Source: a virus (taxonomy: Duplodnaviria > Caudoviricetes). Taken from it: a stretch of 42,754 bases of DNA. The stretch covers positions 1 to 42,754 of the IMG/VR virus record IMGVR_UViG_3300048854_000104, one strand, 5' to 3'. Position numbers and translations under genes: made by a program. Shown in pieces: positions 23,857 through 33,304 of this stretch (the first letter of the stretch is position 1; every line of letters starts with the position of its first letter). Under the pieces are notes generated by a model. It searched no databases, had not been told where the DNA came from, and saw nothing but the letters and a program-made list of their open reading frames with translations.

Positions 23857-26800
23857 TCACGTCCCCCCTACGAGGCCGAGCCAGCTGAGTTCGCGGACCA
23901 TGTCCTGCGGGGTCGCACGCGTCCCGTGCAGCGCGATGTTGTACGTCTGGGAGCTGTTCCCGCCGGCCGCCGACACCGCGGCGAGCTGGGTCGCGGAGGG
24001 CGCCCTGAAGGCGTTGCCGGTGATGTCGAGCGCCGCGCCAGCCACCGACCGGTATGCGGCCTGAACCTTCGCCCCCATCGACTGGAAGCCCTGCCGCAGC
24101 CCCTCGCCGTCCATGCGTCCGATCCACGCGAACGCCTCGGACGGCGAGTGAGTCTTGTGGACCTTCTTCGTGACCTTGAGCATGTCCTCGGCGATCTTCT
24201 TCATCTGCGCCTGGATCGCCTTCTCTTGCGACTTCAGCCCAGCGACGAGACCTGCGGCGGCTTTGATGCCGGCCCCGTACAGGGCGTCGCCCACGGTGTT
24301 GCCCGTCGCGGTCGCGCTCTTGGCGAGCTGCCCCTGAAGGTCGTTGATCTTTTTCAGTTCAGCGGGGGTGGCCTTCGCCAGCGCGGCCGCCGTAGCAGAG
24401 CCGCCTTCAACCCCGGCATCCGCGATCTGCTGGAGCAGGTCGGAGCGGAGCCCCTCCGCCTTCAGCTTGGCGATGTTGGCCTGGAACCCCTGGCTCGCCT
24501 TCAGCGCCTGCTGCAACCCCACCGTGATCGACGTGACGCTGTTGACGTCGGAGTGCCCGGTGGTGATGTTAGCTTCGGAGAGGATTCCTGACGTGATGTC
24601 CCCGGCCGCCTTCGAGCGCGCGGCCACCAGGTCATCGAGCTTCTTCTGCGCGGCTGCGAGGGACTTGAGGACGCCGTCCCGCTTGACGACTTCCTTCTGT
24701 AGCTCGGCCGTCGCCTTCGCCAGCGCCTTGCCGACGCCGCTCTTCACGTTCGCAGGCAGAGCCTTGGTGATCGACGTCAGCTTGGCCTTGAGCTGTGCCG
24801 TCGTCCCGTCGATACCGGCGATGAACCCCTGAATCAGCAGGCGACCAGCAGGCGTGAGGATCTTGGCGTCCTTCGCCTTCGGACCCTTCCAGTCCGCAAG
24901 GTTGCCGGTCAGCGTGTTCAGCACCGACTTGACCGAAGGGATCTTGCTCTGGATGCCGGAGATGAACCCGGAGATCAGCGAAGCGCCAGCCGATACGAGC
25001 GCGCCACCGAGTCCGCCGAGTGCCGACCGGGCCCGACTCGGTAGACCCGACACCTGCTTCACCGCGTCAGAGACCTTGCTCCGGATCGCCGACACCAGCT
25101 GCGAGCCCGCCGCAATGGCAGCTGACTGAAGCCTGCCGGGCAGCGGAGCGATAGCGGCGATGACCCGCCCCGGGAGGGCCACGAACAGGGTGACCGTCGC
25201 GTTGATGACGTTGCTGAACAGCTTCTGCGCCGACTTGAAGGCGCCGGACACGTCGCCCGTCAACAGCTTGCTCAGCGTCTGGAAGGCGGGGATGACGATG
25301 TTGGTGATGACCGCAGTCACCAGCCGCGTCAGGATCGTCGCGAGCTGCGCGGCGCCCTGGACCAGAGGGGCGATGGCCGGGCCGAGGTGGGACAGGAGTT
25401 CCGTGGCGATCGTGGCAAGCGCGGTGATCAGCGGGGTCGCGGCGATCAGCAGTTGCGCGAACGAGACGCCCAGCTGCGTGAACGACGGCGAGAGTTGCAC
25501 GAGGAGATCGCCGATGATGCCCAGCCATACGACGAGGTTGTCGGCGAACACGGCCGCCAACGGGGCGATGATCGCGGGCAGTTGGGCGAGGATCGGCGCG
25601 AGCGTGTTGGTGAGGATCCCGCCGACCTGCGTCACCACCGGGGCGAGGGCGAGGAACACCGTGTTCAGGGCGTCCAGCAGCGGAGTCAAGGCGGGTAGTA
25701 CTGCCGCGACCAGCTGACCGAGCACGGGCAGCAGCGGAGCGACAGCGGTCACGAGGGTGCCGACGGCCCCGGCCGCAGTGACCAGGACCGGGCCGAGCGC
25801 GCCGACGATCGGAGAGAGAGCGCCCCCCAGCGCAGTGACCAGCTTCTGTACCGGCGGACCCAGCTTCGTCAGCACGGGAGCGATCACGCCGAGGGCCTGA
25901 CCCAGCAGCGGGGCAACCGTCTTCGCCACCACCGACATCGTGGTGAACAGCGCCTTCAACCCGGACTGCACCGCCGGGGACGCGAACGCCTTCGCCAGCG
26001 CCCCACTGATCTGCTGGAGAGTCCCGACGAACCCGCCGCCCGACGCATCCGCCGCACTGAAGATGCTGCCGACGATCGAGAAGACGTTGCCCGCCACGTC
26101 CGCGATCCGGCCGAGGAGACTGACGGCCGTGTTGATGGCCTTCTCCATCGCCCCGGACTTGAAAGCCTGCGACAGCCGATCCGAAACCTTGTCCGCGACC
26201 GACGCCGCGCCCTTCGTCAGCTTGTTGAACGCCGGCGCGGCCGCCGCACCAACCTGCCCCACCGCAGTAACGACCTGGCCCGGAACCTTGACCAGGTTCC
26301 GCATGCCCTTCGTCGCGCCGTCGACCGCCTTGCCGAGGGTCCCCGACTCCGACAGCCCGACCGCAGCACTGCCCACACCCTTCGCCATCAGGTTCACGGA
26401 GGTCGCCGAGGCGATCAGCCCGCGGCGCAGGATCGGCAAGGTCTTGGCGGCCAGCTTGTCGAGGACCGTGTCCAGTCCGGAGAACGCCTTGTTCTGGACG
26501 GTCTGCTGCACCTCGCGCAACTGGGGGGCGAGCGAGCGGACTTCCTTCGCGAACGCCCGCGCGTTCGGCGCCAACTTCTCCAAGGCCTTGTCGAAGTCGT
26601 CGGCCTTCGACGGATCGAGCGCGGCCGACAGGGCGTCGTCCATGCCGACCGCGGCCAGCTTCACCGCGCCCGACGTCAGCTGCACCCCGATGAGACCGGT
26701 GACCGCGACCCCGGCCGCCGGCGCCACATCCGCCAGCGTGGCCACGATGTTCGCCACCAGCGGCACCGCGGTGCCGATCGCTGCCGAGGCCTTCGCGAAC

Positions 26801-27333
26801 CCCAGCCCGATCGTTTTGCCCGCCGATGCGCCCGAACTGCCGAGGCTGCCAAGGAGTCCACGCAGCCGGTTGGGGCGGTCCTCGTCGATATCGACGTTCA
26901 CGTGGACGTCGGTGTCATCCACCCGCCGGGCGGCGGCGAGGAGTTCGTCCAACTGCGCGGCCGCCGCGCGGGTGGACGCCTGCACGTTGATGTTCGGGTG
27001 CTCATCCGACAGGCGTTGGATGTGCGGTTGCAGCTCGTTGATCCGGCGGATCGCCTCATCGACGGGAATGTCGATGCCGATCCGCTGGTTCGACAACTCC
27101 TCCAGCTCACGCCGGACCCGCGCCATGTCCCGGTCCAGATCCGACGAGTTCCCGTCGATCTGGATCTCAGGCAGGTTCGAGACCAGGTCCCGCAGCTCCC
27201 GCTGCACTCCGGCGCCGAGCGCGGCGCCGATGCTGGATCCCTGCCGGGAGGCGTCCGCGATCGTCCCGTTCAACCCGTCGAGGTTGACCGCCAGGTGGGA
27301 GACGAGGTTCGGCAGGTTGATGTTGTCAGCCAC
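23857..27333 (-). CDS. Tape measure protein (1158 aa)
   Basis: Longest ORF; Ala/Leu-rich amphipathic repeats; HSPS motif; follows the chaperones. Confidence 0.93.
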   Translation of the reverse strand: MADNINLPNLVSHLAVNLDGLNGTIADASRQGSSIGAALGAGVQRELRDLVSNLPEIQIDGNSSDLDRDMARVRRELEELSNQRIGIDIPVDEAIRRINELQPHIQRLSDEHPNINVQASTRAAAAQLDELLAAARRVDDTDVHVNVDIDEDRPNRLRGLLGSLGSSGASAGKTIGLGFAKASAAIGTAVPLVANIVATLADVAPAAGVAVTGLIGVQLTSGAVKLAAVGMDDALSAALDPSKADDFDKALEKLAPNARAFAKEVRSLAPQLREVQQTVQNKAFSGLDTVLDKLAAKTLPILRRGLIASATSVNLMAKGVGSAAVGLSESGTLGKAVDGATKGMRNLVKVPGQVVTAVGQVGAAAAPAFNKLTKGAASVADKVSDRLSQAFKSGAMEKAINTAVSLLGRIADVAGNVFSIVGSIFSAADASGGGFVGTLQQISGALAKAFASPAVQSGLKALFTTMSVVAKTVAPLLGQALGVIAPVLTKLGPPVQKLVTALGGALSPIVGALGPVLVTAAGAVGTLVTAVAPLLPVLGQLVAAVLPALTPLLDALNTVFLALAPVVTQVGGILTNTLAPILAQLPAIIAPLAAVFADNLVVWLGIIGDLLVQLSPSFTQLGVSFAQLLIAATPLITALATIATELLSHLGPAIAPLVQGAAQLATILTRLVTAVITNIVIPAFQTLSKLLTGDVSGAFKSAQKLFSNVINATVTLFVALPGRVIAAIAPLPGRLQSAAIAAGSQLVSAIRSKVSDAVKQVSGLPSRARSALGGLGGALVSAGASLISGFISGIQSKIPSVKSVLNTLTGNLADWKGPKAKDAKILTPAGRLLIQGFIAGIDGTTAQLKAKLTSITKALPANVKSGVGKALAKATAELQKEVVKRDGVLKSLAAAQKKLDDLVAARSKAAGDITSGILSEANITTGHSDVNSVTSITVGLQQALKASQGFQANIAKLKAEGLRSDLLQQIADAGVEGGSATAAALAKATPAELKKINDLQGQLAKSATATGNTVGDALYGAGIKAAAGLVAGLKSQEKAIQAQMKKIAEDMLKVTKKVHKTHSPSEAFAWIGRMDGEGLRQGFQSMGAKVQAAYRSVAGAALDITGNAFRAPSATQLAAVSAAGGNSSQTYNIALHGTRATPQDMVRELSWLGLVGGT

Positions 27334-27359
27334 GGGTCACACCTCCTCGGGGCGGGGCA

Positions 27360-27593
27360 CTACATGAGGGCCATCTCCATCAGGCCGGGGCCTGAGGTGG
27401 GCTGGGATCGATCGCCGCCCGACTGGTGGGCGAGCTGGTGCTGCTCGGCGAGCGTGAGGAGCTGCGCCGGGGTCATGTCCCAGAAGGCGCCGGGCTGAAT
27501 GTGGAGGGCACCGACGGCGAGGTAGTAGTACTCGGCCCATGGCCAAGCCCCGGGGCCACGGTCTCCACGGCCGCCGGGGCTGCGTCGTTTCCC
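27360..27593 (-). CDS. -1 frameshift extension of the tail assembly chaperone (GT-like)
   Basis: G GGA AAC at 27593-27587; the -1 frame reads RRSPGGRGDRGPGAWPWAEYYYLAVGALHIQPGAFWDMTPAQLLTLAEQH...MEMALM*. Confidence 0.85.
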   Translation of the reverse strand, partial: GKRRSPGGRGDRGPGAWPWAEYYYLAVGALHIQPGAFWDMTPAQLLTLAEQHQLAHQSGGDRSQPTSGPGLMEMALM

Positions 27594-27985
27594 CGGGACT
27601 CCAGCGCGCGCGAGAGGGCCGCGTTGAAGGCGCTGGTGTAGTCGCCGAGGCGGCCGGGGTCGAGGAGGTCGTCAAGGTTCGCGCCGTCCGTACGGCGCCG
27701 GTACACGATGTCGCTGACGGTGCGGACGCCCTTGGCGTCGACGTGCTCGCGAATGTGGGGCTCGAAGCCTCCGGGGCCGACCATGCCAGCGCCGATCATC
27801 TGCGCGAGCGGACCGAATGCCGCGCCGTTTCCGGTCGAGTCGATGGCGTTCTGCACGTTGCCGACGGAGCCGAAACGCGCTTCGAGGAGGGCCAGGGCGC
27901 GGAAGCTGTAGCGCAGGCCCACCTCGCTGCCGTCGGTCAGGGTGATGGTGCCGCCCTCGGCGAGGAGGTCAAGTCCTGTGGTCAT
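27473..27985 (-). CDS. Tail assembly chaperone (G-like)
   Basis: Lies between the major tail and tape measure genes and contains a slippery heptamer. Confidence 0.85.
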   Translation of the reverse strand: MTTGLDLLAEGGTITLTDGSEVGLRYSFRALALLEARFGSVGNVQNAIDSTGNGAAFGPLAQMIGAGMVGPGGFEPHIREHVDAKGVRTVSDIVYRRRTDGANLDDLLDPGRLGDYTSAFNAALSRALESRGNDAAPAAVETVAPGLGHGPSTTTSPSVPSTFSPAPSGT

Positions 27986-28078
27986 GGTGGTGTCCCTCTG
28001 TGAGTGCCGGGTTTCGGCCTACGGGTTGGGGAGGTGACCGGGGCGGGCGCGCTGAGCGAGAACGCGCCCGGCCCGGGG

Positions 28079-28648
28079 TCAGGCGATCGCTACGGCGGTC
28101 TCGTTGAGCGTCGCGGAGATCCACTTGTTGCCGGTCGCGTTGAGCGGGGAGGCATCGGCGGTGAAGGACACGATGCGGTAGTCCTCCTGCGCGAAACCGA
28201 GATCCGGGAAGGCGCTGAGCGTCAGCTTGTGGAGGACCCAGTGCAGGTCACCCGCCACGATGTCGGTTCCGTTGGGCGGCGTGACGCCCTCCAGCTTGAA
28301 GGGCGGCAGGGTGGCCGAGGTGCCCGTCAGATCCCACACGGACTTCTGCGCCGGGGTCGTGCCCGAGTCGGTGACAGTGCCGCCGAGGATCGCGGCCAGC
28401 ACGTCCAGCGACAGCTTGGCGTGGTCGACCTTGACCTGAATGTTCGAGATCGTCGAGTTCGAGTCCAGCTTCACGTTGTCGCCACGGAGCTGCTTCGTCT
28501 CGATGTCCCCGGAGATCTCCATGTTCTGGATACCGGGCACGTCAATGCTCGTGCCGTACGTGGCCGCACTGCCGGCGGGGTCGGTGAGCAGCGGCGAAAT
28601 CTTCGCGTCCTGCACCGAGTAGAGCTTCGTCACGCGGGAGATGGGCAT
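28079..28648 (-). CDS. Major tail (tube) protein
   Basis: DAKISPL..D...Y...IDVPGI......LRGD; AGGAAGG RBS; synteny. Confidence 0.88.
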   Translation of the reverse strand: MPISRVTKLYSVQDAKISPLLTDPAGSAATYGTSIDVPGIQNMEISGDIETKQLRGDNVKLDSNSTISNIQVKVDHAKLSLDVLAAILGGTVTDSGTTPAQKSVWDLTGTSATLPPFKLEGVTPPNGTDIVAGDLHWVLHKLTLSAFPDLGFAQEDYRIVSFTADASPLNATGNKWISATLNETAVAIA

Positions 28649-28685
28649 CGTGCGTTCCTTCCTGGTGCCGGGGTCCGGCCCGGGG

Positions 28686-28970
28686 TTACGGGGTGATCGG
28701 CGGTGTCGCGGGGGCGGGCTCGGGGATGGTGGCGTGTGGGCAGCCGGGGAGGTTCGGGGCGGCCCCTGCGTCTTGGGGGACGATCAGGCCGTCGACGACC
28801 CACCAGGCGAGGCCGGGTTGTCCGTCGTCGCCGTGGACGGAGAGGGACCCGTGGACGGCACCCGCCAGCCCGAGGACGCGCGCGACGATGGCGCCGGGGC
28901 GTGGCGGCCAGTGCGGGCCGAGCGCGGTCACGACGTCCTCGCGAGGCATCGCGACGTGGGTGATCTTCAC
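28686..28970 (-). CDS. Hypothetical protein (94 aa)
   Basis: GTGA-coupled, with AGGAGG RBS. Confidence 0.7.
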   Translation of the reverse strand: MKITHVAMPREDVVTALGPHWPPRPGAIVARVLGLAGAVHGSLSVHGDDGQPGLAWWVVDGLIVPQDAGAAPNLPGCPHATIPEPAPATPPITP

Positions 28971-29416
28971 GAGGGGGTCACCTCCTCGCGCAGCAGCACG
29001 CGGTGCACTCGGATGGTGATCGAGTGCCGGACCTTGTTGTCCGCGATGGGGATACGGTCGATGTCGTCGAGGCGGACCGCGGTGACCTTCGCCGGGTGGG
29101 CCGGGAGGGTGCAGCCGTGCAGGGCGTGGCCGATGGCCTCAGCGAGCCCGTACCGCTCGGTCACCTTCGTGGTGCGCTCGCCGGTCTTGACCCGGGCGCG
29201 CTGCACCAGGTCGACGACGATCGTCTCAACGATGTTGATCTCTGCGGTCGGGTCGCCGAAGTCGCCGTTGCCGGTGTCGAGCCCGGCGGGCGTTCCCTCC
29301 TGCACGACGATGTACGGCTCGGCCTGTCCTTCGCGGGGACCGTCGCGGAACACGGGAACGTGGAAGCTGAGGCCTTCGAGATAGGCCTTGATGGCGCCCG
29401 AGGTCGAGAGAGCCAT
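28967..29416 (-). CDS. Tail terminator-like protein
   Basis: VPVFRDGP.....PYIVV..G; synteny. Confidence 0.7.
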   Translation of the reverse strand: MALSTSGAIKAYLEGLSFHVPVFRDGPREGQAEPYIVVQEGTPAGLDTGNGDFGDPTAEINIVETIVVDLVQRARVKTGERTTKVTERYGLAEAIGHALHGCTLPAHPAKVTAVRLDDIDRIPIADNKVRHSITIRVHRVLLREEVTPS

Positions 29417-29886
29417 CAGCGCCGCCCGATCTGCGAGGCGTGCGCCCGCCAGAAGATCGGCGTCAACTCGATCGCCGGACGCAGGAACGGCCGCGCCGGA
29501 CGCTCCTTCTGATGCACCTTGGCCACCGGGTGAGCAGCCCCCGGCCAGAACAACGCCTTCTTCCCTTTGGGGAAGATGTCGCGTTCCGCCACGCCGTACT
29601 CGATCGCCGCCGCGTAGTTGACGTTCGTGCCGACCACGTAGCCGAGCGACCGCCCGCTGCCCTCCGTGCGCGACACGATCGAGGACCGCAGGCGACCGGT
29701 GTCGACCGGGGCCCGGCGCCTCGCCTCGTTCTGCACGTCGATCCGCGTCCGGTCCACAGCCCGCGCCACGTCATCCGACATACGACCGAAGTAGCGGCGC
29801 AGCCCGCGCTCGTACTCGCGGGTGTTGACCGTCACCGACGAGGAGGCGCCCCCGCGCATCGAAACCCTGGCACTCGCCCGCACCAT
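29416..29886 (-). CDS. HK97 gp10-family neck/tail morphogenesis protein
   Basis: ARRRAPVDTGRLRSSI...VGTNVNYAAAIEYG...ARPFLRPA. Confidence 0.9.
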   Translation of the reverse strand: MVRASARVSMRGGASSSVTVNTREYERGLRRYFGRMSDDVARAVDRTRIDVQNEARRRAPVDTGRLRSSIVSRTEGSGRSLGYVVGTNVNYAAAIEYGVAERDIFPKGKKALFWPGAAHPVAKVHQKERPARPFLRPAIELTPIFWRAHASQIGRR

Positions 29887-30572
29887 CACACGCCCCCGAT
29901 CAGCGACACACCGCGGTTCAGGTAGCCCGCCAACAGGGCGTCGACCTGCGTCGATCCGGTCGACGCTGCCGGGGAGACGACGTCCGACGACGCGTCGTCG
30001 TCGGTGTCCTCGATGGCGACGTTGTTGCCCTCGTCGTCCACCTGGAGACTTGAGTCTTCGGCGGCGTCCGCATCCGAGGGGCGGGCCTTCGCCTGCATGT
30101 CCGCAGCGAGCAGTGCGTTCCCCTGCCCGACCAACAGCGGCGCAGCGTCGTACCCGAAGCTGCCGGCCACCTGCACCTGGCAGGCGCCCCACCGCTCCCA
30201 CATGCCGAGCCATCCGCCGTTGTACGACTCGGCCCCGACCACGAGGTCGTTGTAGCCACCCCACGCGAGGTGGATGGCGTCGATCTGTCCGAGCACGGCA
30301 GACGAGGTGACCCGCCAGGCTGACGACGGGATCGGCGGGGCGTCGTCGGCCGCAAGGACCGGCGTGACCGAGGTGACCGTTCGGACGCGCCGCGGGAGGA
30401 TGACCAGTCCCCCCGCGGACACGTCCGCCACCACCACCAGGTCAGTTGGTTCGAAGAGCTGCCACGTGTAGGCGGTGATCCGCTCGCGGGCAGCCTCGAT
30501 CCACGCGGCGACCTCGGCACTCGTGCCGGTACACCCCGCGTCTCGTGCGGCAGCCTCGGAGCAGTACGCCAT
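29886..30572 (-). CDS. Head-to-tail adaptor
   Basis: MAYCS...IEAARERITAYT...F...FGY...TGSTQVDALL..Y; synteny. Confidence 0.75.
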   Translation of the reverse strand: MAYCSEAAARDAGCTGTSAEVAAWIEAARERITAYTWQLFEPTDLVVVADVSAGGLVILPRRVRTVTSVTPVLAADDAPPIPSSAWRVTSSAVLGQIDAIHLAWGGYNDLVVGAESYNGGWLGMWERWGACQVQVAGSFGYDAAPLLVGQGNALLAADMQAKARPSDADAAEDSSLQVDDEGNNVAIEDTDDDASSDVVSPAASTGSTQVDALLAGYLNRGVSLIGGV

Positions 30573-30575
30573 GGG

Positions 30576-30914
30576 TCAGCCCTGCTCGCCCTCGGCTGAC
30601 TTGTCGCCGGCCTCCAGCTCGCGCTTGACGCCCTCGGTGATCATTCCGCCCTTGGCGGCGATCAGTCGGGCGTAGCCGCCGGGGTGCTGGTGCACGACGG
30701 GGCCGACGGGGGTTGCGTGGTCCTCACCGCCGAGGGCCCGGTAGGCGTCCTCGGGTGCCGCCTGGCCGATGTCCCACCCCGGTCCACCCGCGTACTCGCG
30801 AGGGGCCACGATGGCGGCGTTCGGCTGCTCCTCGGACTCCGGGGTCTGGTCAACCTCCGGGGCCTCGGTCGCTTCGGTCTCTGCGGTGTCGGCCGCAGGC
30901 TTGCGTGCTGCCAT
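30576..30914 (-). CDS. Hypothetical head-associated protein (112 aa)
   Basis: MAARKPAADT..., acidic; GGAGG RBS. Confidence 0.75.
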   Translation of the reverse strand: MAARKPAADTAETEATEAPEVDQTPESEEQPNAAIVAPREYAGGPGWDIGQAAPEDAYRALGGEDHATPVGPVVHQHPGGYARLIAAKGGMITEGVKRELEAGDKSAEGEQG

Positions 30915-30916
30915 GA

Positions 30917-31144
30917 TCAGGAACCTCCGATGACGCCGCGCGTCCGCAGGGCGGCGAGCAGCGCGTTGTATGCGGTCGTGACTGCGGCGAGGTCGGCGAA
31001 GGTCGTGCCCTGGTTGTTGATCGTGGGCTTCGACGTGCCGTCCATGAGGGGCAGCGAGGTGCCGATGACCTGGAGAACTTCGGTCTCCTGGTTGGCGACC
31101 TTCGTGCCGCCCTTGGTGAGCGTGACCTGCTTGACGACCCCCAT
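30917..31144 (-). CDS. Head fibre / decoration-like protein (75 aa)
   Basis: DLAAVTTAYNALLAALRTRGVI, a motif typical of head-fibre trimerisation segments; TAATG coupling to the capsid gene. Confidence 0.7.
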   Translation of the reverse strand: MGVVKQVTLTKGGTKVANQETEVLQVIGTSLPLMDGTSKPTINNQGTTFADLAAVTTAYNALLAALRTRGVIGGS

Positions 31145-32442
31145 TACGGCAGCGCCGCAAACGTGATCTTGGTGAACGCGAGCGGGGTGTGGACCGCGAC
31201 GTTCGCCCGACGCTCGGCGAGAATGACCAGCGTGTTCGCGGTGAAGTAGTCCGCGTGCGAGTCGGTCATCAGGATGGTGACGCCCTGGCGCTCCCAGAGC
31301 GTGGCGCCCACCCGGAACCCGCCGAGGAGCGCGGTACCCGACGCCATGGCAACCGAGGTGACGACCGTCAGACCCCAGATGCGCATGGGCGCGCCCGAGT
31401 CGGTCACCGACGTGATCACCCGGAACTGGCCGTTGGCGTCGGTGTCGAGCTCAACGTCCTGCCAGTCCAGCGGGTTCAGCACGATCGCGTCCGGCGGGTA
31501 CAGCGCGAGTTCGCCCTGCGTCTTCGCCTTGCGGATCGTGATCAGCTTCGAGTCCGTGTTACCGGACGGCGGCTGATAGGTGCCGATGCCGGAGGTCGTC
31601 AGAATCCCCTGCATCTGGGTCGACCCGTTGCCGGTGAGGATCTCGCGGTCGAGCTTGTACTCCAGCCCGTACGTCAGCCGGCCGTTGATGTAGCCCATCA
31701 GCTGGGAGTTGTCGTCCGCAGCCTGCCGCGTGATCGGCACCCAGTGCGCGACCGTCTTCAGCGTGGTCGTGATCAGGTCGAAGGTGAACGGCCCCGACTT
31801 GGGCTTGTCGCCACCCTCGGCCACGACCGCCGCCGCGTTCCACGTCGACTGCGGGCCGGACGTGTCCCGCATGTACTCCAGCGTCGTCCCATCGCTGGTC
31901 TGCCTGTCGAGGAGGTTCGCGATGAGCAGCGGGAAGTCCGGGTTCTGGGGGATGATCCCCGGCACCCTGGTGTTCTGCTGCGGCTGCGTGGTCGTGGTGA
32001 CCGTGCCGGACGGGGCCGCGCGGAAGTCGGCGCCCTCCACGCTGAACTGGCCGCGCTTGCCGTTCGCGCGGAACGTCTCCAGCGCCTTCGAGCGGACGAA
32101 GGCCTCGGCGACGTTGAGCGGGTGCTGGTTGCCCTGGTCGTCCGGGCCCATGCCGGGCTGCTGACGCTGCTGGCCGGGCTGCGGCTGCGGGTCGCCCGGG
32201 GGGACTGCGGCGTTGAGGGCGCGCAGGCGGGCGTCACGCTGGTTGGCCTGCTCGATCTTCGCCGTGATGTCGTCGGCCCGCTTGATGAGGTCGTCGACGT
32301 CGCCGTCGTAGTCGGGGTCGGCGAGGAGCTTGGCTACCTCGTCGCGCTGCTCCAGCAGGGTGGGGGCGCCGCCCTTGATGGGGTAGATCGGTCGACCGTC
32401 TCGGCGGCGACCGATGGGGCGGATCTTCGCGAAGTTGCTCAC
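31144..32442 (-). CDS. Major capsid protein (HK97 fold, N-terminal delta domain)
   Basis: AAVVAEGGDKPKS, TVAHWVPITRQAADD, ILTGNG, MRIWGLTVV, AERR. Confidence 0.95.
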   Translation of the reverse strand: MSNFAKIRPIGRRRDGRPIYPIKGGAPTLLEQRDEVAKLLADPDYDGDVDDLIKRADDITAKIEQANQRDARLRALNAAVPPGDPQPQPGQQRQQPGMGPDDQGNQHPLNVAEAFVRSKALETFRANGKRGQFSVEGADFRAAPSGTVTTTTQPQQNTRVPGIIPQNPDFPLLIANLLDRQTSDGTTLEYMRDTSGPQSTWNAAAVVAEGGDKPKSGPFTFDLITTTLKTVAHWVPITRQAADDNSQLMGYINGRLTYGLEYKLDREILTGNGSTQMQGILTTSGIGTYQPPSGNTDSKLITIRKAKTQGELALYPPDAIVLNPLDWQDVELDTDANGQFRVITSVTDSGAPMRIWGLTVVTSVAMASGTALLGGFRVGATLWERQGVTILMTDSHADYFTANTLVILAERRANVAVHTPLAFTKITFAALP

Positions 32443-32581
32443 CGCGAGTCCTCTCGGTCCGTGGACGGCTCACAGCCGCCCATGCGTGATGGGTTGCTGC
32501 GTCCGTCTGTCACGGCCGGTGGATCGCGCCCGGCGAAGGCACTGGGCTTTTACGTCCGGTCAGTGCCGCCCGGATGGGGGG

Positions 32582-32631
32582 AGAGTAGATCGACTGCGGG
32601 TGTGCGTGTGGGTGGGGGCTGCAATTCGCGG
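32582..32631 (-). promoter_or_regulatory. Putative late promoter upstream of the capsid gene
   Basis: CCGCGAATTGCAGCCCCCA-N25-TACTCT on the minus strand; the same motif precedes terS. Confidence 0.7.
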
Positions 32632-32644
32632 CGGCCCCCGACCG

Positions 32645-33304
32645 TTACGCGCTGATCGTGGTCAGCCGGAGGAGCGCAGCGCGGCGGGCCCGGCGCAGCA
32701 TCTCCTGCTCGTGCGCGAGCACCGAGTCCCGGCCGTGCTCGCGGTCGTACTCGGCCAGCCGCTCGGCGAGCGTCGGCTCGGCCACGGTCTCCGTGTACAG
32801 GGCGCCGAGGGCGCTGCGGACGGTCTTCAACTTGGAGCCGGGGACGGCTGCCATGCGCGCGGTGATCTGGCTGACCTCCACCAGGCGCGCGCTGCGGATG
32901 TTCTCCAGCACGTCGGCGCGGTCCTCGTCGCCCATCTCGGCGAGCTTCTTCCACTCCGGCAGGTCGGTGCGCACGAACCCCACGGACAGTTCCCGCGCGC
33001 TGCCGGACCGGGCCATGGCGCGCTTGTCGCGGCCCGACTGCGTGTCGTCGTACGCACCCGCGATGTGCAGGTGGTTGGACTGCTCGTCGGCCCGGAAAGT
33101 CCCGATGGGGTCGTACGGGGAGTGCATGAACAGATAGGCGTACGAGCCCTTGTCGATGCCCTTCCGGAACACGCCCGGGTGGAACGTCGTGCCGTACGAG
33201 TCCTTCTTCCCGTACTGGCAGGCGATGCCGTCGAAGGTGCCGTCCTGGTCTTCGCCCACGCGGAACTCGTGCGTCTCGAAGACGCGGAACTCGATCTCCA
33301 TCAC
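32645..33304 (-). CDS. HK97-family prohead protease
   Basis: FDGIACQYGKKDSYG, LFMH...PIG, LSVGF, LVEVS......AVP. Confidence 0.92.
   Translation of the reverse strand: MMEIEFRVFETHEFRVGEDQDGTFDGIACQYGKKDSYGTTFHPGVFRKGIDKGSYAYLFMHSPYDPIGTFRADEQSNHLHIAGAYDDTQSGRDKRAMARSGSARELSVGFVRTDLPEWKKLAEMGDEDRADVLENIRSARLVEVSQITARMAAVPGSKLKTVRSALGALYTETVAEPTLAERLAEYDREHGRDSVLAHEQEMLRRARRAALLRLTTISA

Noticed and set aside
27337-27675. 112-aa ORF as the second tail chaperone
   Set aside because: Wrong frame. The -1 frame from the slippery site (stop at 27360) has the conserved FWDMTP motif.
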